This document shows positions 41,122-55,904 of a stretch of DNA of 64,000 bases, one piece after another (position 1 is the first letter of the stretch; the number at the start of each line of letters is the position of its first letter). The notes beneath the pieces were generated by a model. The model saw only the letters and a list, made by a program, of their open reading frames with translations, was not told the DNA's origin and made no database searches. The position numbers were made by a program, and so were the translations under genes. The stretch lies in the NCBI GenBank assembly GCA_026023565.1, contig JAPETS010000002.1:372001-436000 (forward strand). Direction: 5' to 3'. This DNA is from Cirrosporium novae-zelandiae (taxonomy: Eukaryota).

Positions 41122-42129
41122 TTTCCGTTTTTAGATGCCGAGTTCTCGAAGTAAAGGGTAAGGTAGGTAATTTAATCTATACATAGCGAGAAGAACAACC
41201 ATTAGCCATTCGTTCAATTGTTCATGTTAGTTAAGCAAGTAAATCTTAAAAGGTACCCTAATCTAAATAATTTACTTACTATCTAATATTGATTGATTGA
41301 TTGACTGATCAATTAATTGTCAACACAACTCGGCCAGGTCAAGTCACAAATAAGAATAATGAATTAATCTGTTGCAAGACACTTAGAAAAGGTTGTCGTC
41401 TGTACGTGATATATGTATGTAGTCCATATCCTCAAACACCATAACTTGCTTGAGGCAGATCCTATAGCGGGGTTTAGTTGGAACTGACGCAGCAAGCGTA
41501 TGAGCAGAGGGACACTGCAAATATGATTGGAGGATTCCTTTGGTTTTCGCCTGCATGCAAGCTTTCGAATAAGATACGTCGGAAAAAGCGGGACGATGAA
41601 TTGATCATGACGATAAATGCAACCTTCTAGTTAGCCCCCACGAGTCCATACAATCTAGCCAACCATCGTACCGTCGTTCTTGCACAAGAAATAATAATGC
41701 TTGCTGGTTTGGGTTCCAACCCAAAAACTCATTTGAAAATAGTTTGCCATTTCGAATTATAATATACAAAAGCAAAAATGCTTTTTTTTCATTTAGAAAA
41801 ACGAGCTTTTAGTTTAAGAGCTCAAGAAACGTCCGGCACCTCACCGAGCCTCAAGACCAAAGAAACCACTGGACAGGAAAAGTCTTTGGAAAATTGACAG
41901 CAGAATCATAGAAACACAAAATGCACCCTTCAGTTTCGCCTTTCCCTCCATTCCTCCACATGCAGAAGCCCTGCTCTCGCCAATTGATGAAAAACCTTCC
42001 ACACATAATCCAAGCCATAACAACCATGATGCACGCTTGGGTATTCACGCTGGGGGTATCCATCCATCTGTCCGTTGCCCTATTGAATCTCCAGAACAAT
42101 CACAATCGACCGTAGTCACGTAAAACTCC

Positions 42130-45100
42130 TTAAGCAGACGCATTTTCGGTAGCAGTAGCACGAGTATCAGCATCTGCTATGGTTTGCCATTGCTCCCAGC
42201 CTCCTTTAATCCAGTTTCCGAAACCTTCGTTTCTCTTGTCCACATCTTCCTTGCGTAAATCCTTCATCCAAGGATTGTTCATAACAAACTTCTCCTTAAA
42301 GCGATTTGCTCGTTTCTCAGAAATCTGTTCCATAGTCCCTTTGCCGATGCGGCCGCGCGTCTTCATACTCTGAACAAACCAATCATGGGTGTTTGCCTTG
42401 TAAAATAGCTTGTACTTGTTGACCCCGACGCAGATCGTTAGCCCATCACTACTCCAAAGTGGCAAGTAATTGCCATAATCTTCGTCTTCTAAGCCAGGAG
42501 CAGGGAAACTTCTTTTTAGCATTGGTCGACGGATTTTATTGAGAGGAACACCTTCTGTTGGCTCGCGCATGGTATAAGTCGATACATAGTAGGACCATTT
42601 GGCTTCCTGGTTGAGAATTTCATCGTCAACAGTCTTGTCGTCACGCTTCAGAAGCTGGATCGTGGTTCTCTTGGTTGGTTGGTTCTAAGTATCTGTTAGC
42701 TCATGCAACGATAAGAGAAGGTTGGTCATTTACAAAGGTAATACGATAGACGTCGCCTTCTTTCGTTAACCTCTCTACCTGCTGGCGATAATTGAGTTCG
42801 CTTTGATGAGTAGTCTCCTCTTTTTGGCGATCCTTCAAGAACATTGTCATGATATCATTTCCTCTATCCTTGGAATCGTGGTTGACAAAAGATTGAGCGA
42901 ATTTGACCAGGTTAGACATAAGCTTATCAATTGTGTACAGCTTCCATCCAGCCTGTAGGAAGTACCGGCGGAGGATTTCTTCAAGGTCTGTCATGGTCAT
43001 TTCGTTGCGCATGACTTCCCCCAATTTCTTGACAATTTGTGGATAATATCGTGCATCAGGGGATGTATCTTCGAACATTTCCTGAGGAAGTTTCTCATTG
43101 ATGCCGAGAGAGAGGGCTGGCTTAGAAGCTTTGGCACGTCTGATATCATCGGCCGTCATGTCCTCAGCCTTCTTGACATCATCAAGCCGCTCATAGAGAC
43201 AATGAAACATGCGGAAGAAGAGATAGATGTTATTATTACAGTAAAGGTTAAAACTTTCACGCTTGAAAGGCTCGTCCAATGGCACCATTCGTTTGGTTCC
43301 GTTGTCAACTTGGAAAACCCCGGTGTTGGGATGGTCAAGCCATTTCTGCTCGGTCGCATCTGACGTTGTGGAGTTTCCAGCTGGACTTCCGGCAGCACTA
43401 GTTTCGCCGTCAGTCATTACAATATCCGGGGTAGAGTTTCTGCTTCGAGATGCAGGGCTACCATTTTCTGGAGCTTTGCCCTTATGTGAGCGATCAAGAA
43501 CTCCGCGAAGCAAATCGTTCCTCTTGTTGGATCTGCCCTTTTTTTTATGGGAATGCTCTTCCTGGGCTGAATTGTCATCAATATCCATCTCGTTATCATC
43601 CTCATCAGTAGCCTCTTCGTATACACTGGCTAGACGGTTTTGGAAGGTTTCTTTGTCGAGTCCGAAGAAGACTGGTATGAATTCCTTGAAGAAGGCTTCC
43701 AACTTCTGGAGATCTACACCGTTATGAGTGGTGTTCAGATATATGAGAACAAGATGAGCAGCATCTAAAAGTACTTCCTCATCTTCAAAAACATATTCAA
43801 GCTGGTGGCGTTGGACCATGGAGAATGGCTTAGTTTCTTTTTGATGTTTTTGTTCTTCGTACCTGAGCACAATCTCATTCGTCAAAGTTTTTGCCTGGAA
43901 TCGTCGTTTATCAGTCTGTTTGACAGAGATACCCTGATGATCTAGGCTCTTATCGTAGGTCTTCAAGGTCTGTTCTCTCCAGACTTTTTCCCATTCGCGT
44001 TGACTTGCACGCCATTCCTCGAGTTTCTGCATCAAGCGATCCAATACAATTGGCCCGGCAGCTGCTGGGGTTCGAAGGAGAGCATCAATAACTGCTTGTC
44101 CATTTTCTCGATCATATATCTTTTTGACAATGTGCTGCCAGATAGCCTCACTTTGTCCGCCAAGGCCATTGGGTAGATTGAAAGCTGCCTTTTCCTCGGG
44201 GATTAAGGATTCTGTATGTTTGATGATGGGTTCAAGGAGGGTTATCGTGGCTTGAAGCGACTCGATATGATGATCGTAGTCATGGCGCTCTTCTTCGATG
44301 CGGTGGAGTTGCTCTTCATAAGTATTCTTGCGATGAGCAACAAAACCGGAATCCTCAGAAGCCCAAGTTGGATGAGAAGCCCACTCATCGTTGAGAACTG
44401 AGCGACAAGTTTCATCACGGCCAGAGCATGGTTTTTGCGTCTCTCTCTTTGGGAGAAGGCGGTAGCTTGGTCCGTAGCTTCGGCAATGGCTTAGGTTAAT
44501 CTTTTGAGATTCATCTTGGGGGCGAGGTTGGATGATGACATCTGGTTCAGTCCAGCCAACGAACTCTTTCAACCACTGGATGAGCTCTAAATTATTGCCG
44601 CAATATGACTCGGCTCTTTGTATGAACACATCAGTAGTGATTAGAGATTGGTTGAATAGATTGCAAAGCTTAAGGAACTCATTGTAAGTTGTTTTATTCC
44701 CGATGGCTTTCTTAAGTCGATCGAACCAAGATAGCTCTTCAGGTACAGAACCATTCTTGTTAGGTTTCATCGGTTGTGGAAGGGCTGGTGTAAGGGTAGG
44801 CGAGGTGATCGCAGGTTCATGAATTGCCGTTCGAGCTGACTGAGTTTGTTTTGAGCGCTTTGGACCGGATACGTCAGCAGAATGATACTTTCTCTTTGGT
44901 TTGCGCGCCATTCCTAGAATGAAAAGCAATACAGGACAAGGATAGAAATTAAAAGTAGGCTCATAATTCAATGTGACAGAAGGATTAATAAAGAAAGGTT
45001 GAGTAGAAGTAAGTTGTGGCTGCTTTATGGGAAGGTAAGGAGGTTGGGAATCAGTTCAACACAATCTGAGTCCAAATTCGCGACATGACAATAAAGGGAA

Positions 45101-48100
45101 AGCCCCATCAATAGGGCACAATAGCAGACAATTTACGGCAACCACGAACAGAAATAAATATTCACAATAGATTGCAAAATAAAATAATTGACTTACCCGA
45201 TTTGTACCTGGTGGAGGGTCTGGTCGCAAACCTCTCATATTGCTTGTTTCTATTTCTCGTGGGCCTGGCCCTGGATGTCCGACCATTGCCATCGCTTGAA
45301 CCGCACCACTAGTCTTTCGCCTCTTGTTATCCTTTCCAACACTTGGTGGAGGTGCAAAGTTTCCAACAGGTGGTAATTTGCCTGGAGTTTGAACTTGACC
45401 CATGGTCCCAGAAACAGGTTCAGTACGAATGTTATTACTGACCGCAGCTTCTTCCGCAGCTCTTGCGGCTGCAGCTGCTTTGGCATGGGCAGCCGATTCA
45501 GGGAGGAACTGTTTGAAATCTTCAAGAAGATCTGGAGCACCACCAAACAAATTGACGACCTGGGCGTATACATCCTGTATGGGTTTCGACTCGCGTTGAT
45601 AAGTCTGCAAAATTTCAAGAAACTGCTTGTAAATTTCTGGTTGATTGCTGAAACGATTCTTGATTTTTTTATCAGTAAAGTTGTTGGTGTTTCTAAGTAA
45701 AGCGTCAAGTACCTTGATTTTGTTGACATAGCTGATTGCGTGATTAAATTCAACCGGCCCACGTCTTTCTAGCCCTGCTTGAGCACCTCCTGCGCCGTTC
45801 ACGCCTGCCGGGGATTGCGAGATAGGAACACCCTGGGCTTCGGGGGTTGAGAGTTGCATCTGTTGTCTAACTTGAGCTCCATTAGTAGCAGCAGATACTG
45901 CATTCTGGAGCTGAGAGACGCCCCTTTGTTCTTGCTGGTGAACAAGCGTTGCACTGGTCGGGGTTGAGTGCTGTTCCTGCTGAGTCTGATAGTCCATATG
46001 TACAGTCTGAGGTTGACTCTGAGCACCATGCTGTTGCGCGAAGGGTGGCATTGCGTAGTTTGCATCATTGTATGATGATTGGGGAGCTCCAGACATCGGA
46101 CGAGGATGTTGCCAAGTAGACTCAGATCCGTTCTGTTGTTCATAGGAGTTTTGCCGGGGTAGTGGGCCTCTGACTACTTCAGCCATACCATTTGGGGCAT
46201 CTGGTCGCCTCGAAGGCATAGGATGAACGGTAGATCCCTGAGGTGTAGTGACCCTGATCGCGTTCGGATCGTCACTTGTGCCACACTCAATACGATACCC
46301 AGGTGGAAGGAAGGTGTTAAAGCCTTGGATTAGATTTGCATGGCCGGCAAAGAGGGTAGAAACTCGCTCGATTACTCCAGGTGTATCAATCCTAAACTTC
46401 AGTCAATAAATGTTTTTGAAGCCATATATTCGTAACAAAATTCGATCTGAAGGGTTCCCAGAACAGGAACCGTTGATTCAAGTATTCCATGTTTAGAGTA
46501 TTTTCGCAAGGAACGTCGGAAATGTAAATAGAAGCTATACTGGGTAAAGACACTCTAAGGTGATCTTCACGAATATCAATGCTCGCGTGCGTTTGCTTGA
46601 AGGTGCGTTGCTGAACATTAATTCATTTAAAATTACTTACGTTTGGCTCTTGAAATCCTTCATAATGTCTAAAAACCTGTTGTAGACATCGGGCTGATCC
46701 TGGAACCGAACCTTGACCTGGTCGAGGTAGCTTAACGCATCCTGTCAGAAAGTGGATATTAGTGATATAATCTTCGACGATATGAGATAACAGAACTGAA
46801 GTAAAGAATATTCCATCCTTGGCCATAACTAAGGTTAATCCTAAAAAGGTGACAACCCCTCTTGGAAGCCCCAGGATATTAGGTGTACCATATATTCAGC
46901 CATATCGACAGTGGAGTGTGCCTGTTGCTTGTCCAGAATTTGTCTAAAGTTGGGAAATGAAACGTAAAATCCGGATGTTGATGTTCAACACACTTTTCAT
47001 AGAATAGCGCGGCATCTCCCAAATGCGGCTCGCGTCGACATATAGGACAGACTCAAGACTTACCAACCACCATAGATTTTTGAAAGTGTTCAGATATTCT
47101 GATTAACCCTCTCCATGTTTACAGTTCTCGTTACAAAAGCAGACCAAAGTATAAAAAATACAGATAAACCTTATAATAAAATATATACTTACATTCAAGA
47201 TAGGTTGCTGTCCCTGGGCTAGTGCACTTGCCGGCCCAGATGCAGGCAATGGATGGGGCGCATTTCCTCCGAAGGTACCACCATGCGGTTGCATTGGAGG
47301 CCCTTGACCAGATTGTTGCGAAAAGGCTCTTGAAGCCGCGTCGCCAGAAGCCGAAATCGACGTATTAGCATTATTAGATTGACCATTGGGAGGCCCAAAA
47401 GCACCATATTGTTGATTAGATCCTGAAACGGGACCCATGTTCGATAGCAAACCATGAACTTTTGAACCAGAAGCTACAGGGTGGTGGAGCGGTATTGACC
47501 CTGGTTCGATTTGTACGGTTTGGGGTTGCTGTTCTCGCTGCCTGTCTCTTTCTTCCTGTTCTCGCGCTGCAATTTCCCCCTGACGCTGTCTCTCCATGTT
47601 TTCTCTCTCGCGAGATTCCCTGTCTCTTGCTTCTCGTTCACGATCTAAATTGACCTGTCCCGGTGGAGATTGGTGCTGAAGAGACTGTCCCAAGGAGGGA
47701 AGAGAATGGCTTGGACCAAATTGTTGCGCCTGCGGTGGTATACTAGGTGCTTGTTGGTACGATTGTGGAGGCTGGCCATGATGCATAGGCGATGCATGGA
47801 GATCTGCTAGCGTGGGGAGAGTATGCCCGCCAGGTTGACTGGATGAATAATATGGTGCTATATCATATTAGCAACGTCTCAGATAAGTTCAGAAATACTA
47901 ATTTGCAAATTGTCGACCTAGGGGGGGTAGAAGGAGCTTACACGAAGGAGGTGGAAGAACAGGACCACCGATCGAGGGCGGACCGGGTTGAGTGTTGTGA
48001 CTCGGACTATTTCAAAGAAAGAACATGTTAACTAGATCCTATGGCTTACAGCCAGACCAATACTCTCGACGTGAGGGGCTATCGCCGAGGTGGGCTATTA

Positions 48101-48222
48101 ATCTCGACTTACCCGAAAGCATTCATTTGTCGCTGCTGAGCTTGAGCGTGTTGATCAATACCTGGGGGAGCTGCGCCAGAGCCCGGGGGCGCTGGCCAGC
48201 CATCGTTGGCTGCTGGATTCAT
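42130..48222 (-). CDS. SIN3: Transcriptional corepressor Sin3 (PAH1-3, HDAC-interaction domain, Sin3a_C); at least 7 introns
   Basis: [85 protein letters not shown]; 5' exons assembled from ATG 48222 with consistent phases. Confidence 0.93.
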
Positions 48223-49352
48223 GACAAGGCGTGTATAATGTACGACACGTTTATTTTGAGGATATTAAGGCGTTCAGAAGGATGGTCATCTAAGAGAAGT
48301 ACCGAAAGGAGATCTAAACTGAAAGCCCACCCACACACCGCCTGATGAAAACAGATGCGGCTATAGTATGAATGATAATAACAGATCTTTAGACATCTCA
48401 AAAATATAGTGTAGCGGTTGATGGTGGTGATTTGCGCCAGAAGACTTGTTGATTGAAAAGATGGAAACGAGGCAAGTTCGCATTTCCAGCGCAAGAGCTT
48501 GTGGTTAACGGGAGCGCCGAGATCAGACCCCGTTCTCCGAGTGTTCTAACGATATTGGGATTAGCGTATGACGTCTCTTTGAAGCTGCGTTTAAAACTAC
48601 ACTACAATACTTTGGCTGAATATGTACATAGCTAGGCCTTATATGCAATCTACCTACTATCGCTTCTTTATTCTAATGCTATTTACTGTGGCAGGTGTGA
48701 TGTTCAAAGTCTTTACTAGTAGTAGGTATGGGCTAATGACCAGCATATACATAGTATAGTCATGATTGGCTCGCTTAGCTGGCTTTTCATTGTCAAGCAG
48801 TCGATATCCAGATGTCCCAGGCCAGACTACATGATGCTCGAGTAAAGTATGATTTGATGCACAATAAGGAAAAATAAGGAGTCTAGTCTAATGACATATG
48901 ATGCGTTTAGCCATCCTTAAACCGCAATGTTTGGCTTCAAATGCAGGTATTGTGTATTGTAGGATGGAAAAGAATCGTAGAATGCTAGCTACTACCTACT
49001 TTACCTTCACTTTATTTATTTGATAGTTTATCAATATCCTAAATTACCAGTAGCCTTGTTAACACGTCTTGATATCAAGCCTTCTAGGATGCTATACAAT
49101 CTACCATTTACGGTTCAGCTAATATTATAACAACAAATAGGCAGGACATTCAATATTAGACCATCGATTCCATAGCGCAATATGATTAAATAGACATAAA
49201 AGATAACTTATTCCATTCTTATGGATTATTAAGTCGGGGAATATCTGTATATATCGTGGTGCAAGCAAGTCAATCCCTATAGGATATAACTCCATAAACC
49301 GTAGCTCGTGTGCTCATTATCGTCATCAGGATATACCCGAGAGGCAGTCAAA

Positions 49353-50092
49353 TCAAGAATAGTTGATAACTCCTTTCAGGACCCAAACTTCCCCATTAAC
49401 AACTTTGCTGGCAATGCTCTCAACTTCGATGTTATGGGGTTGAATCTAAAGAGTCCTAGTTAGCTTGTCAAGTTCACATAAGAAGCACCCGTGCTTATAC
49501 TCACAACTTTTACATCCCCTTTCATCTCCCACCAAAGTGTATTTCCTTCCAAAGTCTTAATCTTCTCTCCCTCACTCCACGGACTTTCGGGGACAATATG
49601 GGCCTCCACAAACAATCTCAAATTCCGGTGTGCCATATCCTCCCCATCCTTCTTTATATCGTAAACGTTCTTTCCAGGGAAATTGCTTTCATAGTCCTTT
49701 GGAAATTCCCAAGGCTTCCTTTCTAGTTTCTTCATTTCTGAATTCAAAGGAGCAAGGACCGTGGTGTTCTGAGATCCATCATTGAGGCGCTTGGAAACAG
49801 TGTCGATGTCCCTTGTAAATCCAGCGAAAATATTCATGCGCCGCTCTCTGGCAATGACATCTGAGATGGTTACATCGCCAGTCGGCCTTGAGAAAGGATC
49901 ACTTTCGCTTGAAGGAGGTAGAGCAATGTTAGGAGCGTCTTCCATGATGGGTGATTGGTCATGCACGCCAACAGAATGTTGTTGGTTCAGTCTTTGAGCA
50001 GCCTTAAGGTTAGGCAGTACAAGTTGAGAAGATATAGTAGCGGCAAAAGCTACTAGCACGGTAGGATATAATAATAAGGCAGTAGCCTTCAT
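49353..50092 (-). CDS. Secreted FAS1 (fasciclin) domain protein; one intron
   Basis: Signal peptide; IFAGFTRD, NTTVLAPLNS, RKPWE, NLRLFVEAHIVP, NGEVWVLKGVINY. Confidence 0.88.
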
Positions 50093-50775
50093 TGTGATAC
50101 TGATGTTCGTCGTCCTTGTTTGTGTATGATAGGATATGCACATAAGGTCCGACCGCCACTGACAAGGATAGGTTCACATACCACCAACTGCGTCATATGA
50201 ATTTTTTATCGTCACGTGTAGATAATTTGTCCGAATTTGGAGAAAGTATTTTCGAAAGTAATTAGACTAGAGTACTGGAATGTTGTAAAGATACATTAAT
50301 ATTTCCACTTGATTGAGAGCTACGGGAGAGGCAAACTAATTCGACATGAAGTAGCCATTTAATATGGTCCTGAGGAATAATTTTGATCAATGGTCTGTAA
50401 GAGAAATATAATTAAAACATAAGTACATTGAATGACATATTTACAGCCATCACACATATCCATCACATTTTAAGTATCCTCCTTATCCTACGACCTATAA
50501 TGAAGTATCTAAACTCTTCATCTATCCATACTCCACGCTTATAAAGACATTTTCACACCAAATGGACAAAAATGAAATCCGCATCAACCCCTAACCTCGA
50601 AGCCAAAATTTCGCGCAATTTGAAGCCTCGATATCGCGAAACACCACGACGAAGAAAGTCTAAACAAGCCCAGAGATATACAATGTAAATATACATTCCT
50701 AAGGAGTCCATATTCCTCATCAGTGCCTAGTTATACATACTTCCTATGATGGTGACAGTGCTGCTGCTGCTGAAA

Positions 50776-52469
50776 TTATCGATTTCCGGAGATGTTTGTA
50801 AGGGGTAAATAACAATCACCCTCAAGCTTAGCATGGCACTTCTTAGAGAATGAGCACCATAGACAAGCCTTTCCGATTCGTACCTCATGACAGGTTGGAC
50901 ATAGGTTATCACATTTCTCTAGTTCCACTAGAGGTTCAACAAAACCAAGTGGATCAATATATATCGACCTCTCACAGTCCGGTGATGCATTTGGGGAAAT
51001 CGCATCAGTCTCTGAGGTCTTGTCAATATCAGATGATTGCATAAGCGAGCTTGATTCCCCCTCTGTTCCTTGGCTCTTGGGGGTGTATGTTATCTGTAAC
51101 GGACGCCAGATATATTGGCCCTTCTTATACCATTTATTCTCGGCGACATCAACAAGGACCCGAATGTTAATATTCTCTTTGAATAATCCTGATAGCTTTC
51201 CAATATATTTCGCAATATAGCCGAGCTTGCGAATAAGAGTACTACGCATTTCTTGAAGCTCCTGATTATTATGAACAGCAACGTGGGCACTTTGATAGTC
51301 CTAGTCAAAATTAATTAGAGACATGGTAATAGACGATTGAATGCTCACATCTTCGGCAGATTGGACAGATTTATTTTCACTATACATCGCAGCTAATGAA
51401 GTTCCGACAACAGCTAAGAATAAGGCCCTGCGCTCGGGATCTGACTTTTTTCGAAGATCTGTACGGCAAAGGTTATCTAGTTTCTGGAGAACGCTCGTCC
51501 CTGCTTGAGTATTTATGCCCCGCAAATATGTGATTGGAAATGATCTTCCCTGGCTAGGGTCAGACTTGAGGATGAAGATTAAGGATGTGGTCCAAAGAAG
51601 AAGCCGAAAGTCTTTGCAAAAATCAACCCCGAGAGTTTGAGATGCAAGCTGAAGATAATCCTTTGGGGATAAAACACAAGGACTACTGGCATCGAAGGTG
51701 AAGCTTGAGCGTTTAACCCACCCGACATAATCATCCGCTAAAGCTCTAATATTCCAGAGAACGCTCGTGTTGAAGTCGAGTTGGTTCGGATTTGTAACTG
51801 AGACGGAGAGTCTTGGGAAATCGGTTATGGAATCTTGAATACGCAATCCGGTTGTCCCTATGAAGGTCAGCGAGAGCAAAACGCGAGCAATAGAAACTTA
51901 CGCTTCTCGAAAACATTATTATCTAACAGTGATAGTGAGAAACACTCAAGGTTCTGGGGCGACTGAGAAGTGCTGGATTCAATACATCTTTGGCACGGAC
52001 GAGTTCCAGAGCACTGTGAAGTCAGAGATCAATGCTTGAATGGGCGTGGTATCATTTATTTGCTTTGAATGCTTACCCGCCTTCTCTGAAGTTTGCATCT
52101 TAAACAAGCGCCAACCCTCCTGACCTGAGCAGCATCCGCTTTCTGTTCAAGGCTCAAAGCCCCCTTTCTTCCCTTCGAAATGCTTGGTTCCGAGTTACCA
52201 TGGCTAACGCCATCAAGTGAAAAACACATGGTACCGGGAATCTCCATTGAAGGTTTATCCCTTTTTCGTTTTCGAACAGAAGCCGGCTTGTCCCGTGAAG
52301 TGCTATGGTCGTCCTGAACTTCTGGATATAAATTACCAGCGAATAATTTCTGGATTCGTTCTTGAAAATCATCAGGCCATGGCCTTCCTGACGCATAAAT
52401 ATCTGCTACCTCAGTCGCTTCAGATGCCAGCTGTAGTTCCCCTTGTTTTTGCTTTTTCGAGGCCTGCAT
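50776..52469 (-). CDS. Zn(II)2Cys6-type transcription factor-like protein (5' end uncertain), multi-exon
   Basis: Splicing across the intron near 52020-52075 gives ACLRCKLQRRRCSGTRPCQRC; preceded by RKGALS..KA.AAQVRRVG; further Cys cluster at C-terminus. Confidence 0.65.
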
Positions 52470-54201
52470 GGTTATCTCGTTTCATATGGATATGGGTCTT
52501 GTTGATTCTTTCCATGATTTTTGGAAAGAGCAAATATATTCTACTCAAAAAAAAAAAAAGCATCTCCTCAAGAACCTTCACACCGATGGGCATGCAAGAT
52601 GCAAGATGAGAGATAAACAGCAAGGCTGTGTGTGGGATCATCGCCACCGCCATGATCTGTACCAGCATGGTGGTTCAAGTCAGCATATCGTGGCGGCTTG
52701 CATAGGGCAGACCAATGATAGATGCAGATTGTGTGATGCAGTGTTTAGCGAGTAGAAAGAACGATTCAAAGGTGAGGAAAATCAGCGGTCAGGCTGGGGG
52801 TGGAGAGGCACCAAGGGAATTCCCTGGTAGATGAGCGACATCAGAACTGAGTTATGACGATGTCTTATCTGCCATGCGGGGGCCCATGCCAAGTACGTAG
52901 GGCTGATCTGCAAGGGTGCAAGGCTATACTACAACCAGAAAAGGAACCGTCTAGACCACCATCACAACCACTTGTCCACCTATAAAATATGCCGAGCGGA
53001 AACTATATCTATTGACATTATTATATTGATAAAACAGGAGGATCTCACACTTAAATTAGAACCTTAAGCCCCACGAGTTTGTAAATAGATGGGGAGAAAG
53101 GTAGCTCTGAATAGAGTACTGTACAGTACTATACATAATCATCCTGATCGCCCTGCTGTAGTAGAGGATGATGATGCGGTGCTACTTTTTAGCCCTGTCA
53201 CATTGTTTGAACAGGGTTGCCAGGTAAATATACCTTATTGATGAAACGTACAGCCTCAAGCGAGAAATAATTCGGTGAATCTAATGTCAGCTCTCTCCAT
53301 CAGCGACTGGACGATCTTTCACCAAATTTTTACCCGAACGGGTAGGTGCATCACCTCGGCGGGCCATCAGGAACAGGACCCTCCAACCTCTGCTACTAAT
53401 AACGAGACGATGAAAGATCAAACAGAGATTACTACACATTGACGAAGCCTTGATATTTAGTTGTAAGCTCACTATACCTAAGATATTATTCTCCTTGGCG
53501 AATTTATAACCCCGCCTTGCTTGGCCAAGTCGTTTCACCAACCCCAGTCCAGCTTGAAGGAGCAGTAACTTCTAGCGGTTCCACAATATTACCCCAAGCG
53601 TTTCTGAGGAAGTATGGGAATCACAGGGTACAATATCACATTAGTCATATCCCGATCCTAAGAGTTAAAAAAAAATAGTTTCGTAGCACAACTTATGCAC
53701 TACATTGATCCAGCAGTCTTATGCAGGATCGTATCTGACCATGATAGCATGCCCTCGGGATTACACGAAATTTCAGAGTCTGCCAGCTGTTTTGTCTCTG
53801 CATTCAATTAATATCCAACATCGACCTAGAGAGTTGGTGCCTTTTTCGGTTATACATCTGCCACTAGTGCTTGCTTGTTAGTATCAGGTAGGTGTTTCCA
53901 GGGCTCCATGGGGTAACCAGTAGCCATTGCCATTTAAGGAATTGATCATGTACTTAGATAGGAGATGAGAAGCAAAAAAGTTATCTATACCGTAGCCAAT
54001 ATTGGTGATAGTTATCTCATTGCTTAGATGGTTTAATATTAAAGTTGATAGAATTGGGAGCCCTAAAGTGAGCCAGGCGGATACACGTGCCAACCCATCG
54101 ACCTCCCATTTTTATTTTTATTTTTAAAAAATTAAATACAAAAATATATTTATCATTATAATAGCGACTAAAAATCTAATTTTCTTTTTCGGGATAAATT
54201 T

Positions 54202-54436
54202 AAAAGTGACCTTGGGGAGGTCTTCAAATAAAAACGATGTTTAATAAAATTTCGATTTGAAGGCCTCCCCAACGTCTAAAGGGCAAATAAAAAACCAGTT
54301 GCGGATATATGAAAATTAATTTTGTTTGAAGGCCTCCTCAAGGTCACTTTTCTAGATCTGGTCACTTTCATTTTTATTTTTATCAAAAGGTAGACTATAA
54401 TGCACCGTCAAACATGCGAACCACCCTCGGCCGGCA
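54202..54436. repeat. Inverted-repeat-rich dispersed repeat, copy A (probable non-autonomous DNA transposon end)
   Basis: 54202-54233 is the reverse complement of 54320-54351 (29/32 identical); 54318-54436 is similar to 56570-56675. Confidence 0.7.
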
Positions 54437-55904
54437 CTTTTATCCGCACGGCTCACTTTAGGGTTTGCGATTCTAGTGTTAAATTACTGTACTGTATTTT
54501 ATGTGAATGCCAGTGCGCGGAACAATACCCCGATCTAATAATTAAGGGTGTTGGGGTGCAGATGGTAAAGCCTAACACCTTGCTGAAACAACCTGCACAA
54601 TACCTTATTATTGAGGTTTTATATCGGGAGCTCCGAAATAGACTCTCTTTATTTATGCAATATCTATCTTGCTATCTCCAATAAAAGTCCACTGTTTTGA
54701 GTCCCGCAGAGTGGAAGGCCAGTAAAATCTTCGACCATGCTCAATTTTTAATATTTTCTCGAAATGTTGGTAGATGCCTCTTGTGGATGATGTCAATGTT
54801 CGTTGGATAGGTTTGTCAACCCAGAATTTGTCGTGGCATGCAGCTAGAACAGAGGTTCCAAACTCTACAGCAACAACCCAATCAGCTTAATAGGTATCAT
54901 CATGGCTTTGAATTGAATGACAGACGTCGCTTGGTCCATGTGGCATTTGCACGAATTCACCATACCAAGGGGGATAGCCTGGGAGTAGACCTTCAACATC
55001 GCTTCTGATGAGATTTCTTTTGAGCTCGCCCTCTAAATGAACGACTAGAGCCCTGTCTTTAGTTCTTTGATTTTGATATACCTACTGCCAAGGCAGAGGT
55101 TTACTGGATCCTTATAAATGTGATGATTATTGACTGTGTGCGGGAAGCTGCCAGCGGCACATATGATGAACCCCAGAATAATGCGAGCATCAGCAGATGT
55201 AGTTGCAATTTGGTGGCAAAATATCCGGTTTGGGAACCCAATTTTGTTGTCATGCAGAAGATTTCCACGTTCGTGAATAATCCATACTCAGCGTCCGTCT
55301 TTACCATCTGAATGAAGTGTGCCAGCCTTGGTGAATACGGCAATTGCCGTTGCATTTATGTATGCTTTGATTGGGCTTGATGTTGCCCCACATAAGCCAC
55401 TCACACTTTCATTTGGAAGCAATAGATTCATCAATAGCATAGGCCAGCAGAAAATAGGAGTCTAGAGGATGTCTCTGACATGATAATCGGAATTGATGAA
55501 GAAAAGGCCCCTGCAACACCTCCGACAACAGTTTTTCCCTATTCAGCGGGCATCGAGAGCGAGCAATACTCAGAATGACACAATGAAGACTTGAAGAGGT
55601 AGAATCATCGAAAAGCTTAGATGATGTACTAGTAATAAGGCTATATCTCCGCCTAATAATGGAAATGCAAGGTAGATGCGTCGGGGTGGTTCACTTTAGG
55701 TCCGGCTAATTAAAAGAAAAATGCAGGCGATGTTTCTTTCTCGTTCGGGGTCTAAGATATTTGCTAACGCAGGGAGCAGTGCAACTTCCATGGTTGCTAG
55801 CTGTCTACATTGAATGACAAGGTACGATACTCGCGCATGGCATGTCGCTAAACCGTGCTATTGAATGAAGATATGGGCTAACAGATTTGAATCTTTAGGA
55901 TGAC

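Noticed and set aside
53287..55355. Short ORFs at 53287, 53884, 54400 and 55101
   Set aside because: Possibly pseudogene debris, but no family recognisable by eye and no consistent splice model
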